A stretch of 61,170 nucleotides of DNA, the filler included, from Platydemus manokwari (Eukaryota): NCBI GenBank assembly GCA_037951405.1. It is 5 parts of 5 records of this genome, joined end to end, with 100 filler letters (N's around TTAATTAATTAA, not from the genome) between each part and the next. Parts side by side here need not be neighbours in the genome. Positions count along the whole stretch, not along the records: positions 11,330 to 21,069 come from JBBMOY011211545.1; positions 21,170 to 30,413 come from JBBMOY011278318.1; 3 more parts are not named here. One strand, written 5' to 3'. Shown one piece after another: positions 13,240 to 27,018 of the stretch (position 1 is the first letter of the stretch; every line of letters begins with the position of its first letter). The notes below the pieces were generated by a model. It worked only from the letters and a program-made list of their open reading frames with translations. It was not told where the DNA came from and searched no databases. A program made the translations under genes and the position numbers.

Positions 13240-13391
13240 TTATCTTTATTTTTAAAATTGAATATTTGTCGGAATTTTTGTTTAATTTTATTGATTTAAT
13301 AATAATCTATTTTTATAATTGTAATAGTTGGTTACATAACTTGAATTATTAGTTTTGGATTGTTTTTGTAATAATTTCATTTCTCAGAGAG

Positions 13392-14018
13392 ATGATTATG
13401 GTCAAGACAGTGGGTAAAGAAAGTGCTGCACTTGTTAATGAAGTTTCGAATCAACCATCTAAACAGATCAATTCACAATCTCATTCAGTTAAAAGTACGA
13501 AAAACTCTTCAAAAAGAAGATCAAAACCATTTTCCAAACATAAAAGGAGTTTGCGTGCCAGTATCAAACCTGGAGTTATTCTCATTTTATTATCCGGTTT
13601 ACATCGTGGCAAGAAAGTTGTATTTTTAAAACAACTAGATTCTGGTCTTCTTCTTGTAACAGGACCTTACAAGCTCAATGGTTGTCCCATTCGTCGAGTT
13701 CATCAAAACATGGTCATCGCAACCCGAACTCAAATCGATATCTCTGACGTCATTATTCCAAACCACCTGAATGATGAATATTTCTCTCGCAAAGAAAATG
13801 GAGATCATAAAAAAATAAATAATGATGTGAATAATATTTTCGCCAAAACTAAAAAGCAATATACATTGAAAGAGCAGCGAAAACAAGATCAGAAAGAGGT
13901 TGACATGCAAATCATCAGAATTCTCAAGACACGACATGATAAAACAATGTTAGCAAAATATCTGAGAACCCTTTTCACATTGTCAAGCCACGATTATCCA
14001 CACAAAATGCAATTTTGA
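13392..14018 (+). CDS. RPL6: 60S ribosomal protein eL6 paralogue, intronless, divergent N-terminus
   Basis: [70 protein letters not shown] and the C-terminal [19 protein letters not shown] are diagnostic of eL6. Confidence 0.93.
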   Translation: MIMVKTVGKESAALVNEVSNQPSKQINSQSHSVKSTKNSSKRRSKPFSKHKRSLRASIKPGVILILLSGLHRGKKVVFLKQLDSGLLLVTGPYKLNGCPIRRVHQNMVIATRTQIDISDVIIPNHLNDEYFSRKENGDHKKINNDVNNIFAKTKKQYTLKEQRKQDQKEVDMQIIRILKTRHDKTMLAKYLRTLFTLSSHDYPHKMQF

Positions 14019-17000
14019 TATGTTTAATATAGTCTGTTTCAATTTTTTGTATCATATTTGTATTTTTGTTGGTTATTTGTTTTCTAATATTTTTCAAGAT
14101 ATTTGATTGGATGGTTTTATTTATTGCATAGATGTGTGTGTATGCTTGTGTGTAAAGATTTCGTTGCAGCGTTGATTGAATATTGTTTATTTGAATCCAG
14201 TATTTTTGTTTTATTTTTATATCTAATGTTCGATATTTGATTGGATTTTACTCGTTTATATGCTAACAGGTGTGTCACTCAGACAAATATTTGATGTTTC
14301 AGAACAGTAAATATTTTGATGAATGATTTATTAGAAGTTCTTTACCGTATTTGTTAGATTATAATTTACAGATAAAACGGTTTTTTTGAATAATTAAAAA
14401 TGACAAATTTTCTGGTAACAATATATCAGTTCTGTGATTCTTTAGACATGCCTTTCTAAAACTTTATCTGTTTTAAATATTAAATAATAAGAAATTTTAC
14501 TTTTAAAGCAATTTAGCTCTCCGTGTTAACTTGGCTGGGTGGTTCTTTGAAACCAGGAAACAATTTCAAATCTTTTTCAGTTAACGATGTTCGAATATCA
14601 TCGTGCTTAACCGAAGTATTTGGATTTGTATTCTGAACTCTCTTAAAAATATTTAGTCTCATATTCTCTTTAAAAGAGACTTCATTGAATGATTCCTCTA
14701 ATATTCCGTTTGTAAATAATTGTGATGATCTAAGATAAGAAATGTTTGAATGATTCAGATGAGCTGTGTATTTCACTTAACTGGAATTATTTTTGATTAA
14801 CTTGAAGAAAGAATAATCATTTTACCATTTGTTGTGAATGAATATTATTTTATTATTTTCTTTCTTGGTTGTTGATTTCAGTCAGTCTGAGCTTCATCAA
14901 TATTCAAACATTAACTGTAGACGTGTACGAAAATTATGAAATTTTTAATTAAGGATTTTCATGATAATAATGTGCCTCTTACTCCGAGGCTTAATTTGAT
15001 ATGTAAAATCATGTGAGCTTGAGTCAAATGTGTTTGCAATTCAGTCATTTATCGAGGATATTGAGAGAGAGAAATAGGAATTATATATGAACCATAAAAA
15101 TTTGAATTAATGTTTGACAATGTTTATTGTTTTAATAGATTATTTATCGATCTCCATGGTTCCAAAGGAAGCTACTTGCAGACTAACTAACTTCACTTAA
15201 TTTTTGAAAGCCAACACACACACATCTCTGTCACATTTTTTGTTGGATAAAAACCAACTTTCTTCCATCAATTGCTTTATATTCATTCTATTTATAATGA
15301 ATTGTGTTGCCATAGAGTTTGAATATATCAGCTAAAAAATTGACAACGAAATTTCTCCTTACTAATTTATCATACAAGCTTGAGTTTGTTTGGTCGTCCT
15401 AGTGTCGCTAAATTGGTGTAATATCATTATTTATTAACAACTCTAGCATCTCATGGAATCTGTAACACAATCAATTCATAATAATCAATTCAAAATGATG
15501 TTCACAAAGTACCCCACTTCCTGGAAAGCAAAATTTCTCAAAAAGATTTCAGATTCTATTTGTAATTAAATTTTAAAAATCAATGAAACGAATAAAAATT
15601 TATTGATAAAATTGAAAAATAAAGATTCGATTCGGATCTAGAATGCTTCAATGAGCATCCCATTCAAACCTTAAAGCTTTTAATAAGTATGAAATGCTTG
15701 GCGAATAATTATATGTTTTGTAATGCGAGTTACACAAATAATTATGTAAAACAATAAAATAATTTTAGGATTCAATCAAAAAATTTTAATAGAATTGTTA
15801 CACAGTTTGCCGTGTTTTATTTTCTGACTTGGTCATGTATTTTATCGATCCACGAGTTTGAGAATACTTTTCAAATACAATAAAAATGAACAACCAAAAT
15901 CAAAAATATCCGAATCGATATTGATTGTAATTCATGATGAATATCATTTCGATTCAAGAAATCAATATTTGTTTGTAAACCGATTCGAAATAGATGGAAA
16001 CATAATGTATAATAAATCAAATTAATGTCCTCATAATGTACTCATAGGATTCCTTTATTGCAATTCGACAAAAATAAACAAAAAATTGCTCTGAATGAAC
16101 ATGATGCTCGTCAGTCGATCTGTTTTGTTGTTGGTCAACATGGTAAGCCATTTTTAAATTGATAAGTTAGTCATTCAAAACGTGGGTGTGTTAAAATATT
16201 TTGAGAATGAAATAAATAACAAAATATTATTCATAAATGAGTAATCCAAACTGCACCAAACGTTCCAGTAATGTGAAAGATATTGCAAATCATAAATGAT
16301 AGCCATTCAAGTTGCACAAAACAAGTTACAACAATAATAATTGGTCGACTGGTATAATGTTACGAGACAGGTGTTGAAATGACTAAATCTCGATTGAGCA
16401 ATGTTGTCCTCGTAATCACAATAAAATGATTTTACAAAATGAATCAATAATCTGTAAATATTAAATCGTTGAGTAATTGTTGTTAAAAATGGCATTTTTC
16501 TATCTCGAACATTTTTGTGTGGTGAAGCATTCAGGTCAATTTCAATATGAAATCATTATTTAGTGATACCAACCAATACCAGAACAAAATGTGTCCACAA
16601 ATCAACTTGGACTCGCTAGAGCAGAATGTTTATCTTTCCTATTATTCACGATAATAATTGTAATTAATTGATTGATTAATTATGGGGTCAGTTGCGGATA
16701 ATTGTTACAACTTTCAAAATAAAAATTCAAATCAACCCTTAAAATATTTAGGAAATTTAAGGAGTCTTAACAATTGGTGTTGTAGCTCAAATTAGGTTTT
16801 TGAGTTAAATATTTCCTAATTTTCAAGCTGATCTTGAAGCTAATTAACAAAAGAATTTGCTCAGATAAAACATATTTTTTTTTGTTTATATTTAAAATAC
16901 TTTTTGCTTTTATCTCTTCATTGTGACAATGGCAAATTGTTTGTCATGTCAAGCCATTGTTTTTAATTTACTAATTTATTTATGATGTGGCTCTATCGGT

Positions 17001-20000
17001 TATGGCGGTATTATTGAGATTTTCGTTTGAAATTTCTCAACAATTTTATTATTGAAAGCTTCAACTATTGCAGATCTTAATCAGGAATATAAATATTAAA
17101 ATATTGAAATTATTCCAAAGTTAATCAATATTAAATTTTCAAATAATCCATTATTAATTTCAATTATAAAATAGGCGAAATTGAAACATTTTTAAAATTA
17201 TTTAAATGTTTTCCTTTTAATTTAATTCAAATTTTAATTTTTCTCACAACAGCTAACAAAAATTAAATCTAAATGACAATAAGAGATTTCCAGTTTTTAT
17301 CAAATACAAAGAAATTTTCACGAAAAATGTTTTAACAGAAATCCAGAAAATATATTATTGATGTTTTGTTTATAAAATGGAACTGTTTATTTCTGTTGAT
17401 GCTAAAAATACAAATAAGATTGGGAAATAAAATTGGTACAATGATGTTTGTTGACTTAACAGTACATGATGAAAATAATTATAACAAATTATATTTACCG
17501 AAAATAAAGTTAAAATATTTTTATTTTTTCAATTCTAATCATTTATCCAAGAAATAATTTATTTTGTCACAAGACTCGATATTTGAATAAAAATTTGTAA
17601 AGCCAAACTTTTCATTTTTATGGATTTTATTTCGTTGTGATATTTGTGGAATTATTTAATAAATATTTATCTATAAAAAATTATCGATAACATCGATTAT
17701 TATATGAATCGCAATGAAAATGTTAATTAATGAGACGATTTAAATATTTTTGTAATCACAATAATAATCTGACATTTCAGAAAAATAAGTCACCTATAAT
17801 TATCATCAATGTAGAAATGATAAATGTCAAAACCTTATTTTGGATGAAACATCATTGAAAATGATAAATATAAATATTAAATGTATCTAGGGAAGCATTT
17901 AAAATAGATAGTGGTGTAGTATCAATAAATAAATTGTGGAAAGTTGAGTTGATTTGCGAATGGCTTCAAAAATTTAAGAAATGAGATTTGCAAATTATCA
18001 ATTTCCAAGAATGTTGTATTTAATAATGACAATGATAAATTTACTTTTTGAGGTAGCCTCCAATTTATTTAGGTTTAATTTAATTATGTTGGATAGTTTA
18101 TATTTGTTTCGCATGTGCTATTATAAGAATGAAATTTCAGAATAAAGAGCCATTTGAATTTGAATATAGTTATAAAATTATAACTATAATTGATTATTTT
18201 ATATCTAATATTATCTCACTAATATAATGCATTGTAGGTAGGTGATATCTGTCTATTGAATGTCCTGTATAATGCTAACGTATAAGCTGAAGGTTTGATT
18301 TAATGTGATGCGCTGAAATGAGTGCCCCTTGATTGGCTTATAAGGCGTATTTATATTCGGTCTAAACGAAATATCACGGAATCATTTTCTAGGCCCATAA
18401 TACTGGATACTCGTGTAGAGATTATTATTAAGCACAGACCACTATACAAAAATTAGCATCACAACAACTAGCAATAATGTTTATTTTCTCTTCATCAATA
18501 TCTATCAATGTAATGACACGCGGATAAAAATGGGTGCGTAGAAACCACAAAGTAAAAACTAGAAAATCGATAAATTATATGTAAATATAACAAAAAATTG
18601 CAGTAAAATAAGTCTAATGTTGGTGCCATCTCTTATGGAGTTCGAATCAAGTTAAAAAATGAATGAACGGTAAATAATCAGCCGATATAATAAAACAAGC
18701 ATTAAAATAAAATGAAATCTTGTTCCATTAGTTGATCTCTAGATAATCTCCATAACAATTGACAAAAACTTCTCGATAATTGTTAAGAGTAGGGCAAACA
18801 GATATCTCAACAATCCATTGCTAACAATGCAAATATTGAATTGCTGGTTAAATAAATGAGATATATTTTAAACAACGCACACATTTGCCAGTAAAGGGAA
18901 AATCATTATTATTGTCTTCTCAAAAATCTGTCCTAGCTAAAACCAACTTTCAATAATCAATATTAAATTTATTGTGAACTAGTTTGAATAAATATTTCTT
19001 TAAAATTGATTTCTTCTATTTTCAGTGCCAATATTTTATTTTTTTCCAATTTTGATTACGTTTTCTTAAAAATCAAGTTAAAAATCACAAAGAAATCACA
19101 AAAATCTGAGCCTGGGAAAAGCCCTTTCTGAAGAGTTTTTTTAATAAAATTTCAATTTGTTTTGTCTCACAAGTTTTCACTGAATTGAATCACTCATTAA
19201 ATGAAGAGTTCTATCAGATGTTTGATGCCAAATATAAATGATATATTTTTGATGGCGACTCCATCATGTAAATATATTTTATATGGATATCTTTAACAAC
19301 CTGATTTTATAATATTCGATGACATGGGGCTACAATAATGTTGTGACTTAATATTTGTTCCTGCTGACCCAACCTGATAATCATATCTATAGATCCCCCG
19401 AATTATTGGTTTGCCTCATTAACGGTTTCAAATATTTTTTATTTTTACATAATATTTTTACACATTTTTTAAACTTGTTGTGAGTTTTTCTGGGTTGTTA
19501 ATTTTTATGACATTGAATTAAAAGATTATCAAATAAAATTCAAATTATTTTTTAATTTTTCTGAAAATTATCGATGGAATTTAATATTTACAATATTTAT
19601 CATTATTTTGCTTTAACTAAGACGTTATTTAACCATAAAAATATCTGCTTGATGCTGCTAAATTCTGTTAAACCTCTATCAGAATGGACTTTGCTCAGCT
19701 TAGCAGCTTGATAAAATAATTGACAAGAATATTTATATTGTAGAAGTCTTTGATGGGTGCTAATATTAAATATGCGCTGCTCAACAGTGAGTAAATTAGT
19801 CATCATCAATATATCATCTTGTTAGTTTATTAAAAATATTTATTTGGATTGGTTTTTATTCTAGCTATTAATGGTCCTAGAGGACTTTGGTAATTCGTAT
19901 GAGGACAAAAATACAACTAAAACTAAAGTTGCATAAAGATACCGGCATTGTATGATTGGATTGCTGCAACGAGATGTTAGTTCTAGTTGAAGCAATTTTG

Positions 20001-21069
20001 AGTGTTGCTTTCCTAAAGCAACACAAAAATTTAGATGACGGAGTCGTCATCACACCACACGTGCAGCAGTTTAATAAGATTTAATTTAAAAAATAAAAAT
20101 TGGAACAGTTGGAAAAAATAATAGAAATTTTCAAAAAGTGAGTCCTCCCGGTCAAGCAGATAGCCACGAGATAACCATTCAGGTGTTGAGAAACCATTAA
20201 CCGGCTAGTGCTCTACTTATATAGTGAGGAGAGCGTCGAAGAATAGGCTTTCATTGCCATCAGCTCATATGGTGATTTGAAGCGCAAAGTAGCCGGGGAG
20301 AAGAACCTACAAGTAACAACAAAGATAAGCAAATTACTGCCCACATTCACATTACAGGCCACATAACTACTCCACACATCTGAAAATGAGTTCAAAAAGC
20401 AGACTGCACTAATTAAACCAAACGCGAAATGGGAGACATGGGGAATGAGAAACTGAAGTGTGGGTCTAGATGTCTAGAAGTCATTAAGAAATTCTATTGG
20501 TGTTGTCGCGATAGTTCATTCGACAATCCAAAACTTTTATTTAACAAACCAGAGAAACACTCAAACATTGATGACAATTTAATCTTCTAAATACGTGATC
20601 ATCTATCTCTTTGATAATTTAACTTTTGTGCATGTTTGATTACGAAGATAAATCTAACTTGTATGAACATTATTTGATCGGTAAATGTTTGATTATTTTT
20701 ATTGTTATTGTAAAAATTTTCTATTGTAAAAAATGTACATATTATTATTTATAAAATAATTTAAAAATCAGATAATTGTAATCAGAAAATAAGTTAAGAA
20801 AAAAAAGGAATTTAATTAATAATTTTAGAGGTTGACAAATCGTATAATAAAATCTGTGATGTCAACAAAATTAATGAATTTGATGGGGATTCGAGGATAT
20901 CACTCGATTACTCGATTAATCAATCAATTAATAAGTAACAATTATCGAGACACTGACAAAAAAATACATTCAATGCGTATTGTTATATAAAAGTATTTTT
21001 AAAAGCAATGTATCGATGTATAATGTAGTCTGAAAAAATAATGGATCCATGTATAATAATAGAAAAATA

Positions 21070-21169
21070 NNNNNNNNNNNNNNNNNNNNNNNNNNNNNNN
21101 NNNNNNNNNNNNNTTAATTAATTAANNNNNNNNNNNNNNNNNNNNNNNNNNNNNNNNNNNNNNNNNNNN
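21070..21169. other. Assembly gap spacer
   Basis: 44 N + TTAATTAATTAA + 44 N; the next contig starts in an (AAT)n run. Confidence 0.98.
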
Positions 21170-21333
21170 ATAATAATAATAATAATAATAATAATAATAT
21201 TAATAATAATAGTATTTATATTTTTAATTTATAATTTCTATTTAAAACAATCTATAATAACAATTGCAAAACTAAAACAAAATAATTGATGTCATATAAA
21301 CAAATAATATTTATAAAATAAACAATACTTTAC

Positions 21334-21517
21334 CCGGTAAATGAATATCATAACAGTCTTGATCTGATCGATGTTGATTTGATAAAACGAGATCAACGCG
21401 ATTAGTAGAAGTGTTCTGATTGTAATCGACGAAATCATTTGGCGACAACGATTTCGGATTTCGTTTGACGGTCGATGTTTCAAAATCTAAGGTCTGAAAA
21501 AGGGAGAAATTGTTCAT
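21334..21517 (-). CDS. Possible first coding exon of an unidentified gene
   Basis: ATG-initiated, relatively GC-rich frame (MNNFSLFQTLDFETSTVKRNPKSLSPNDF...) ending at a good donor G|GTAAAG. No recognisable domain. Confidence 0.3.
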
Positions 21518-21525
21518 AGGTATGA

Positions 21526-21576
21526 TTGTATGTGTGTATGCGTGTATGTATGCGTGTGTGTATGCGTGTGTGTATG
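21526..21576. repeat. (TG)-rich / TATGCGTGTG short tandem repeat
   Basis: tgtatgtgtgtatgcgtgtatgtatgcgtgtgtgtatgcgtgtgtgtatg seen directly. Confidence 0.8.
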
Positions 21577-22328
21577 ATCATACAAGCACAACTATAATCA
21601 TCTTTAATCTAAATATTTTTATTATTATTTTCACAACAATCGCCACTATAATTTATCAATAAATCATTAAATTAATTAATAATCTAATTAATTAATTGAT
21701 TATTAAACATTTATTATTAATTATAATTATCGATTGATATCGTTATTAATGTATTTGAAATTATAATTAAAAATTGATCTAATAAATTAATAAAATGTTA
21801 ATTGATTATAAATTATTTGAAATTATATATAATAATCAATAAATTGATATTCATATATAACAGGTAATAATAAATATAATAATAATTTATAATTACACAC
21901 AAGGATCATGAAGATATTGATGATGATGAGAGAGACATTTGATTTGTGTGTGAAATGGCATCAAAAATGATATGAAAAACCAATGATAATACAGACAGCT
22001 CATTTATAGTGCGCGAAAGCTAGCTAATATATTCAAAACATCATTACCGTAAATGGATCATCACAATAATCCTGAAATAGATCGAAATTTTACATAATAT
22101 TTGATGGTTTATATCGAATGATTTATTAACATTTAATCTATTCATGATCCGGATCAATAAATGACTGACAATGTGTTGATTAGCATTTGATATTTGCTTT
22201 GATAATTTATTGTTGTTATTATATTGTTATTAATAGACAAGTGAATGCGCAGATACGTCAATTCCTTATAATAACAATCAGTAAAAATATACAAGTAACT
22301 CAGATATGAATTTATTGCTCGATATTAA

Positions 22329-22360
22329 TATCATTATTATTATTATCATTATTATTATTA

Positions 22361-22391
<31 letters not shown>

Positions 22392-22417
22392 CATTATTAT
22401 TATTACTATTATTATTA
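22329..22417. repeat. (ATT)n microsatellite, imperfect
   Basis: About 90 bp of att repeats with occasional atc/act/ttt variants. Confidence 0.95.
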
Positions 22418-24779
22418 ATTTAATTGAAAAAATTCTAAACAACTTATGAGCTTCTAATAAAAAAGATAAATTAATTTGACAGTGGTGATTGCTGTTTGGT
22501 CAAATACCATCAATTTAGAGTCGAGTGAATCTGAAATCTGAAACCCCGGTAAAAGACCAGATGAAAAAAAATTAATCAAGATAAGGAGTGTAAAATATTA
22601 CCAAAATATATGCAAACCTAAAAGTTAGACATAAATTTAGAAATGCTGAACAACTTTATTATATTATTGTCGAAATATATCCTAATGTAACCAGAAGTAG
22701 TATATGCTCAAGTAATTTAAATTTTTTAATTGTCGTTCGTCGTTTTTATTCGAGTATCGGAGCCTTCAGCCTACTGGTACTTGTGAGAATTTTTGCTCTC
22801 AGTGATTATTAATAATGTATAATGTAAAATTCTCAAATCAATTAATACATAAATAATCATTTGAAATAGAAAATATATTGATTTTGGAAACAATAAATGA
22901 TCAATTATATTTTGGTGACTATTTTTGATTGAATATGCTTTTAATGTTCAGAAGTTCTTAAACTCGATTTTCATTCATATATAATGAAATGAAAAGAACT
23001 TTTTAAACTCTATCTGATCAAAATATGCAGTAAAAAGATGGTTAGAACTAAGTAAGAGTTATAAAAAGAGTAATTTATAAATAAATCAAAATTATTATTA
23101 TGGATTATATAATTAGTTGAGATGTCATCACAAGCACAGAAATTACAAATCAACTTAAAATCACACATGCATTTAAACAGTAAAATAAAAAATAGGAGCT
23201 TTTAAGGTGAGGAAATCGATGATTCTGTTTATGCTATAATTTTACAGAATATTAATTTAATTTCAAGTTATTTTGTTCCTAAATTTTATGATTATGTAAT
23301 GGGAAATATTGAGATTTGATTGAAACTAACGGTGGTACATTTAGATTAAGCATGTGGTTCTTGCAACACAGTTCATTGCGACATTATCCGAAAGAACTTG
23401 TTTATGAGTTACATCCCTACTCCCATTGAACACATGAACTTTTCGAATAATGAAGTACTTTTTGTTTTTATCTATTATTTATAAAAATTCCCCTATTTTT
23501 CAATGATATTTCAAATATTTATTCCGGTTTCAAGATAAATTCAAATTAAAAATTATTCTAGACATTGATTTTTATCCCGAAACTTGATATCATTCCGTCT
23601 TTATTCTATCAAACATAATGTGTTGCATTTTAATATAGAATCTCTTATCCTTGATTGAAACTCGTATTTACTAATTTTATTTAAGTGGAAGTAAATGCTT
23701 TTGGGTTTGCAAATATTTTGGAGAAAACAAATATCTATAAATAACTACCGAAATATCCATAAAAGATTAATTTGTCGTCTTATTTATGACCGACTTTAAA
23801 TGAGCTCAATTAGTGTAGGCCAATGTTCAACTGGTTTTCTAAAAATGAAGATTGGAATAGAGAGATTTGGTTGAAGCTTAGACCTGTATTTAACCTATCA
23901 ACTTTTGTGACATTCGGCGTAAAAAAGGTTTATCTTTGATATTTTAAATCAATCCTATCTTATATTTCATCTAATTTTGAAATTTGGGACATTCTAATGT
24001 CTGGTTTTATCTTGAAAATCACCACATTGTTTATAGTTTGTTTCACAGTTGCGTGTCAGATATTCCTGTCCATAAAGCTCTACGAAAATCATTTCTTTTT
24101 TCTTGAAAGATTCTTGCCTCCTTCTCTATTAATATTTTTTTCTTAACCTTTAAATACAGGCTTGATATAAAAGGAAAATAAAAATTTTAAGCTGTTATTC
24201 TTACGCACAGAATTTAATATATGGAATTAAAATTTGAAAACTGAATGTGCTTTGCATTTGATAGTCATTAAATAGAATTGATGACACAAAATCTGTGCGG
24301 TCAGATTCTTCAAATTATGGGATATATATTAAAATTATTTTGCATGAATTAGTTTGGACAAAAGAAAAGTATAAAAATCGTAAATGCAAAACATAAATTA
24401 AATAATTAAATTATTTAGTAATTTTTTAAAATTGTTAATATAGAGAGTCGAAAGATGGCGAACTACGCGTCTGCAGGTTGAAGTCAGAAAAATCTCTGAT
24501 CGTCAGATATGAATACAGCGACGTAAGTCTAACTACAACCATTTTAATAGCTGGTTCTCTTCGAAGTCCACTTCAGATTAACTGGCATTGATTTATTTAT
24601 AATTTCACCTGATATGAGGGACGAAATGTTCTCAGCTTATTCTCAAACTTTAAATCGATTCGAATAAGATGCTGTTAAAAATGTATTTATGAACTATAAC
24701 GCGCTATCTTGTTTTAAAACACGCAATACAAAACAAACAGAAAAGGCACGACATTAAATTATGTACTTAAATAAATTTA

Positions 24780-26200
24780 TATTAACAAATTAATATAATT
24801 TTAAATAAAATTAAAACTTCAAAAATTTAATCCAATTCCAATATTCTAACATCCAACTTATTTAAAAATCTTTGATTTGCTTTGTATTTTTAATTGACAT
24901 TGTATCGAGTACTCTGCATATTTATCTGCATATAATTCTTTGGATCTCCTTTATATAATCTCCATATAATCTCAACATCTTCTCCTTCTTTTTCATAATT
25001 TTCAGTCATCGATCTTCTCAGAATCGAATTCAGATATGTAGTCGCCATGTAAGCCGCTACTATTTTATAAGACATGCATCGAAAACAAACTGAAAACCCA
25101 TGACACGAAATTATGTATGTTTAATACAATTATCTAAACAAATTAATATAATTTTATAAAGAAATAAATGTACAAAAATTTAATCCAATTTTCATATTCC
25201 CACATACAAATTGAATAGAAATTGCCTAGTTGGTCATTTTTGATTAACAGAACCTCCTTATTTCTTTATTAAATAAACAAATATTTATATGCATTCCAAA
25301 CAAAAGCTGTCGAGCAGTAACGGTTGATCTTATACTAGCAGTTTCAATTAAATAAATCAACACAATCGCCACTGGTAACTGAGTTTGTTATTGGCATTCA
25401 CTAAAGTCGTTTTATGAACACATATATAGTAATGTACTTTGCGATAATTTTATCCTTCATGTTATGTTCAAAGCAACATTAGGATTGGCTCAAAATTTCT
25501 CCGTTCGATGAAATGTACCTGTTTTGGCTATACATGTGTGCGAATTAATCTTTAAAAGGACAATGTTGTCGGTATCAATTTTATGGCTTAATCTACAATG
25601 TCAATGCCAACAGATTTATTTGTTGTTTGGGTGAGTTATTTTGAAACTGTGAATTGAATAGTACATGGATTTGATTGTTGGGTCAGAGAGATAAAATTTA
25701 TCTGTGACTAATATAAACAAAGATTATATTTATAATAAATCAAATATTAATTGATTCGTACACGATGTTTCGATTTAAATCTTGATCAAATCCATGATAC
25801 AATATTTTTATAAAAATCGTAACCTTTTAAACGAATTTTGGAATTCATGCCTGTGAGATATTTTAAATGAGTTACATTTTTAATTCTAACACGATGACCG
25901 CTCATCTAGATTCGATTCTGAAAAGATCAACGATTGAAAATTATAAAAAAGAAGGAGGAAGATACTGAGAATATATTGAGAACGTATAAGAAAGATGTAA
26001 AGAAGTTGTCGAGGAGATAAAAAGGGTACATAAAAGAAGTTATAAAAGAGATGTATAAGAAGATATTAAAAAGATAGAAGAATTAGAGTTTTCGTGTAAT
26101 GAAATATATAGAGTATTGGATAATAACGAAATCAAAGATTTTTAAGAAAAGAGGATGTCAGATATTTAATTCTAATTTTATATAAAATTATATTTTATAA
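24780..26200. repeat. Diverged inverted repeat pair (~24780-25060 and ~25890-26200) plus a partial direct copy at ~25100-25210
   Basis: The reverse complement of the left arm (ttcgattctgagaagatcgatgactgaaaattatgaaaaagaaggagaagatg...aaatcaaagatttttaa..ggatgttaga) matches the right arm (ttcgattctgaaaagatcaacgattgaaaattataaaaaagaaggaggaagat...aaatcaaagatttttaa..ggatgtcaga). Confidence 0.8.
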
Positions 26201-26920
26201 AATCAAATAGATTTTTGGTGTCTTGACTTTTCAGTTCGTTTTTAAATACTTGGTTTTTAAAATAGTAGCTGCTTAAAATGAGAATGTTGTTTATCTCATT
26301 CGAAATTACAAAAAAAATACATGCATTGAAATAAATCATTGACAAAGCTACTTAGTCAATTTTTCAAACATATCATGGAATTAATCTTGTGATCAATCAT
26401 GTCACTTTTTCAGGAGACAAATGATCTGTCGAGAATTATCAAATGAAAAAATTGTAGAGCTGTTCTAAAGTTAAAAACGATCAGCTAGACATTGAATATA
26501 TAAACCTCATCGGGCAACAATGATAAAAATAACAATGCTTGGCATCAAGATCAGATACAAACAACACAGTTCTACAAATGGATAGATCGACTTGTTATCA
26601 AGATGAATTATTATTTTTCTTGTTTTTTTAATGATATTATTTGTTTGAATTCACGATTCTCGATAATTGCCACAACTATGATTGGATGGGAATATTAATC
26701 TTTGATATTTTTTTATAATTAAATAACACAACACAGAGAAATATTGCGTGATGAGATTTTTCTTTTTCTGTATGGTTTCTTCGATAATAATAGCCATAAT
26801 TATATCAATGATGGCAATGTTAATTATAAGCAAAACATATCAGATAATCAAAAAAAATTTTCTTTTTATTACAAAATCTCTGACTTCAATAATAAAATAA
26901 CGAAATGAAAAAATCGAAAA

Positions 26921-27018
26921 CAATAATCAATAAAGGCAATAATCAATAAAAGATAATAATCATTAAAAGACAATAATCAATAAAAGACAATAATCAATAA
27001 AAGACAATAATCAATAAA
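26921..27018. repeat. Minisatellite, 17-bp unit CAATAATCAATAAAAGA, ~6 copies
   Basis: Tandem units visible directly. Confidence 0.9.

Noticed and set aside
20140-20480. GC-richer patch with partly open frames
   Set aside because: Could be TE debris, but no diagnostic motif or RNA structure could be supported.
26921-27018. Regular 17-bp repeats as a CRISPR-like array
   Set aside because: No spacers and eukaryotic context; a simple minisatellite.
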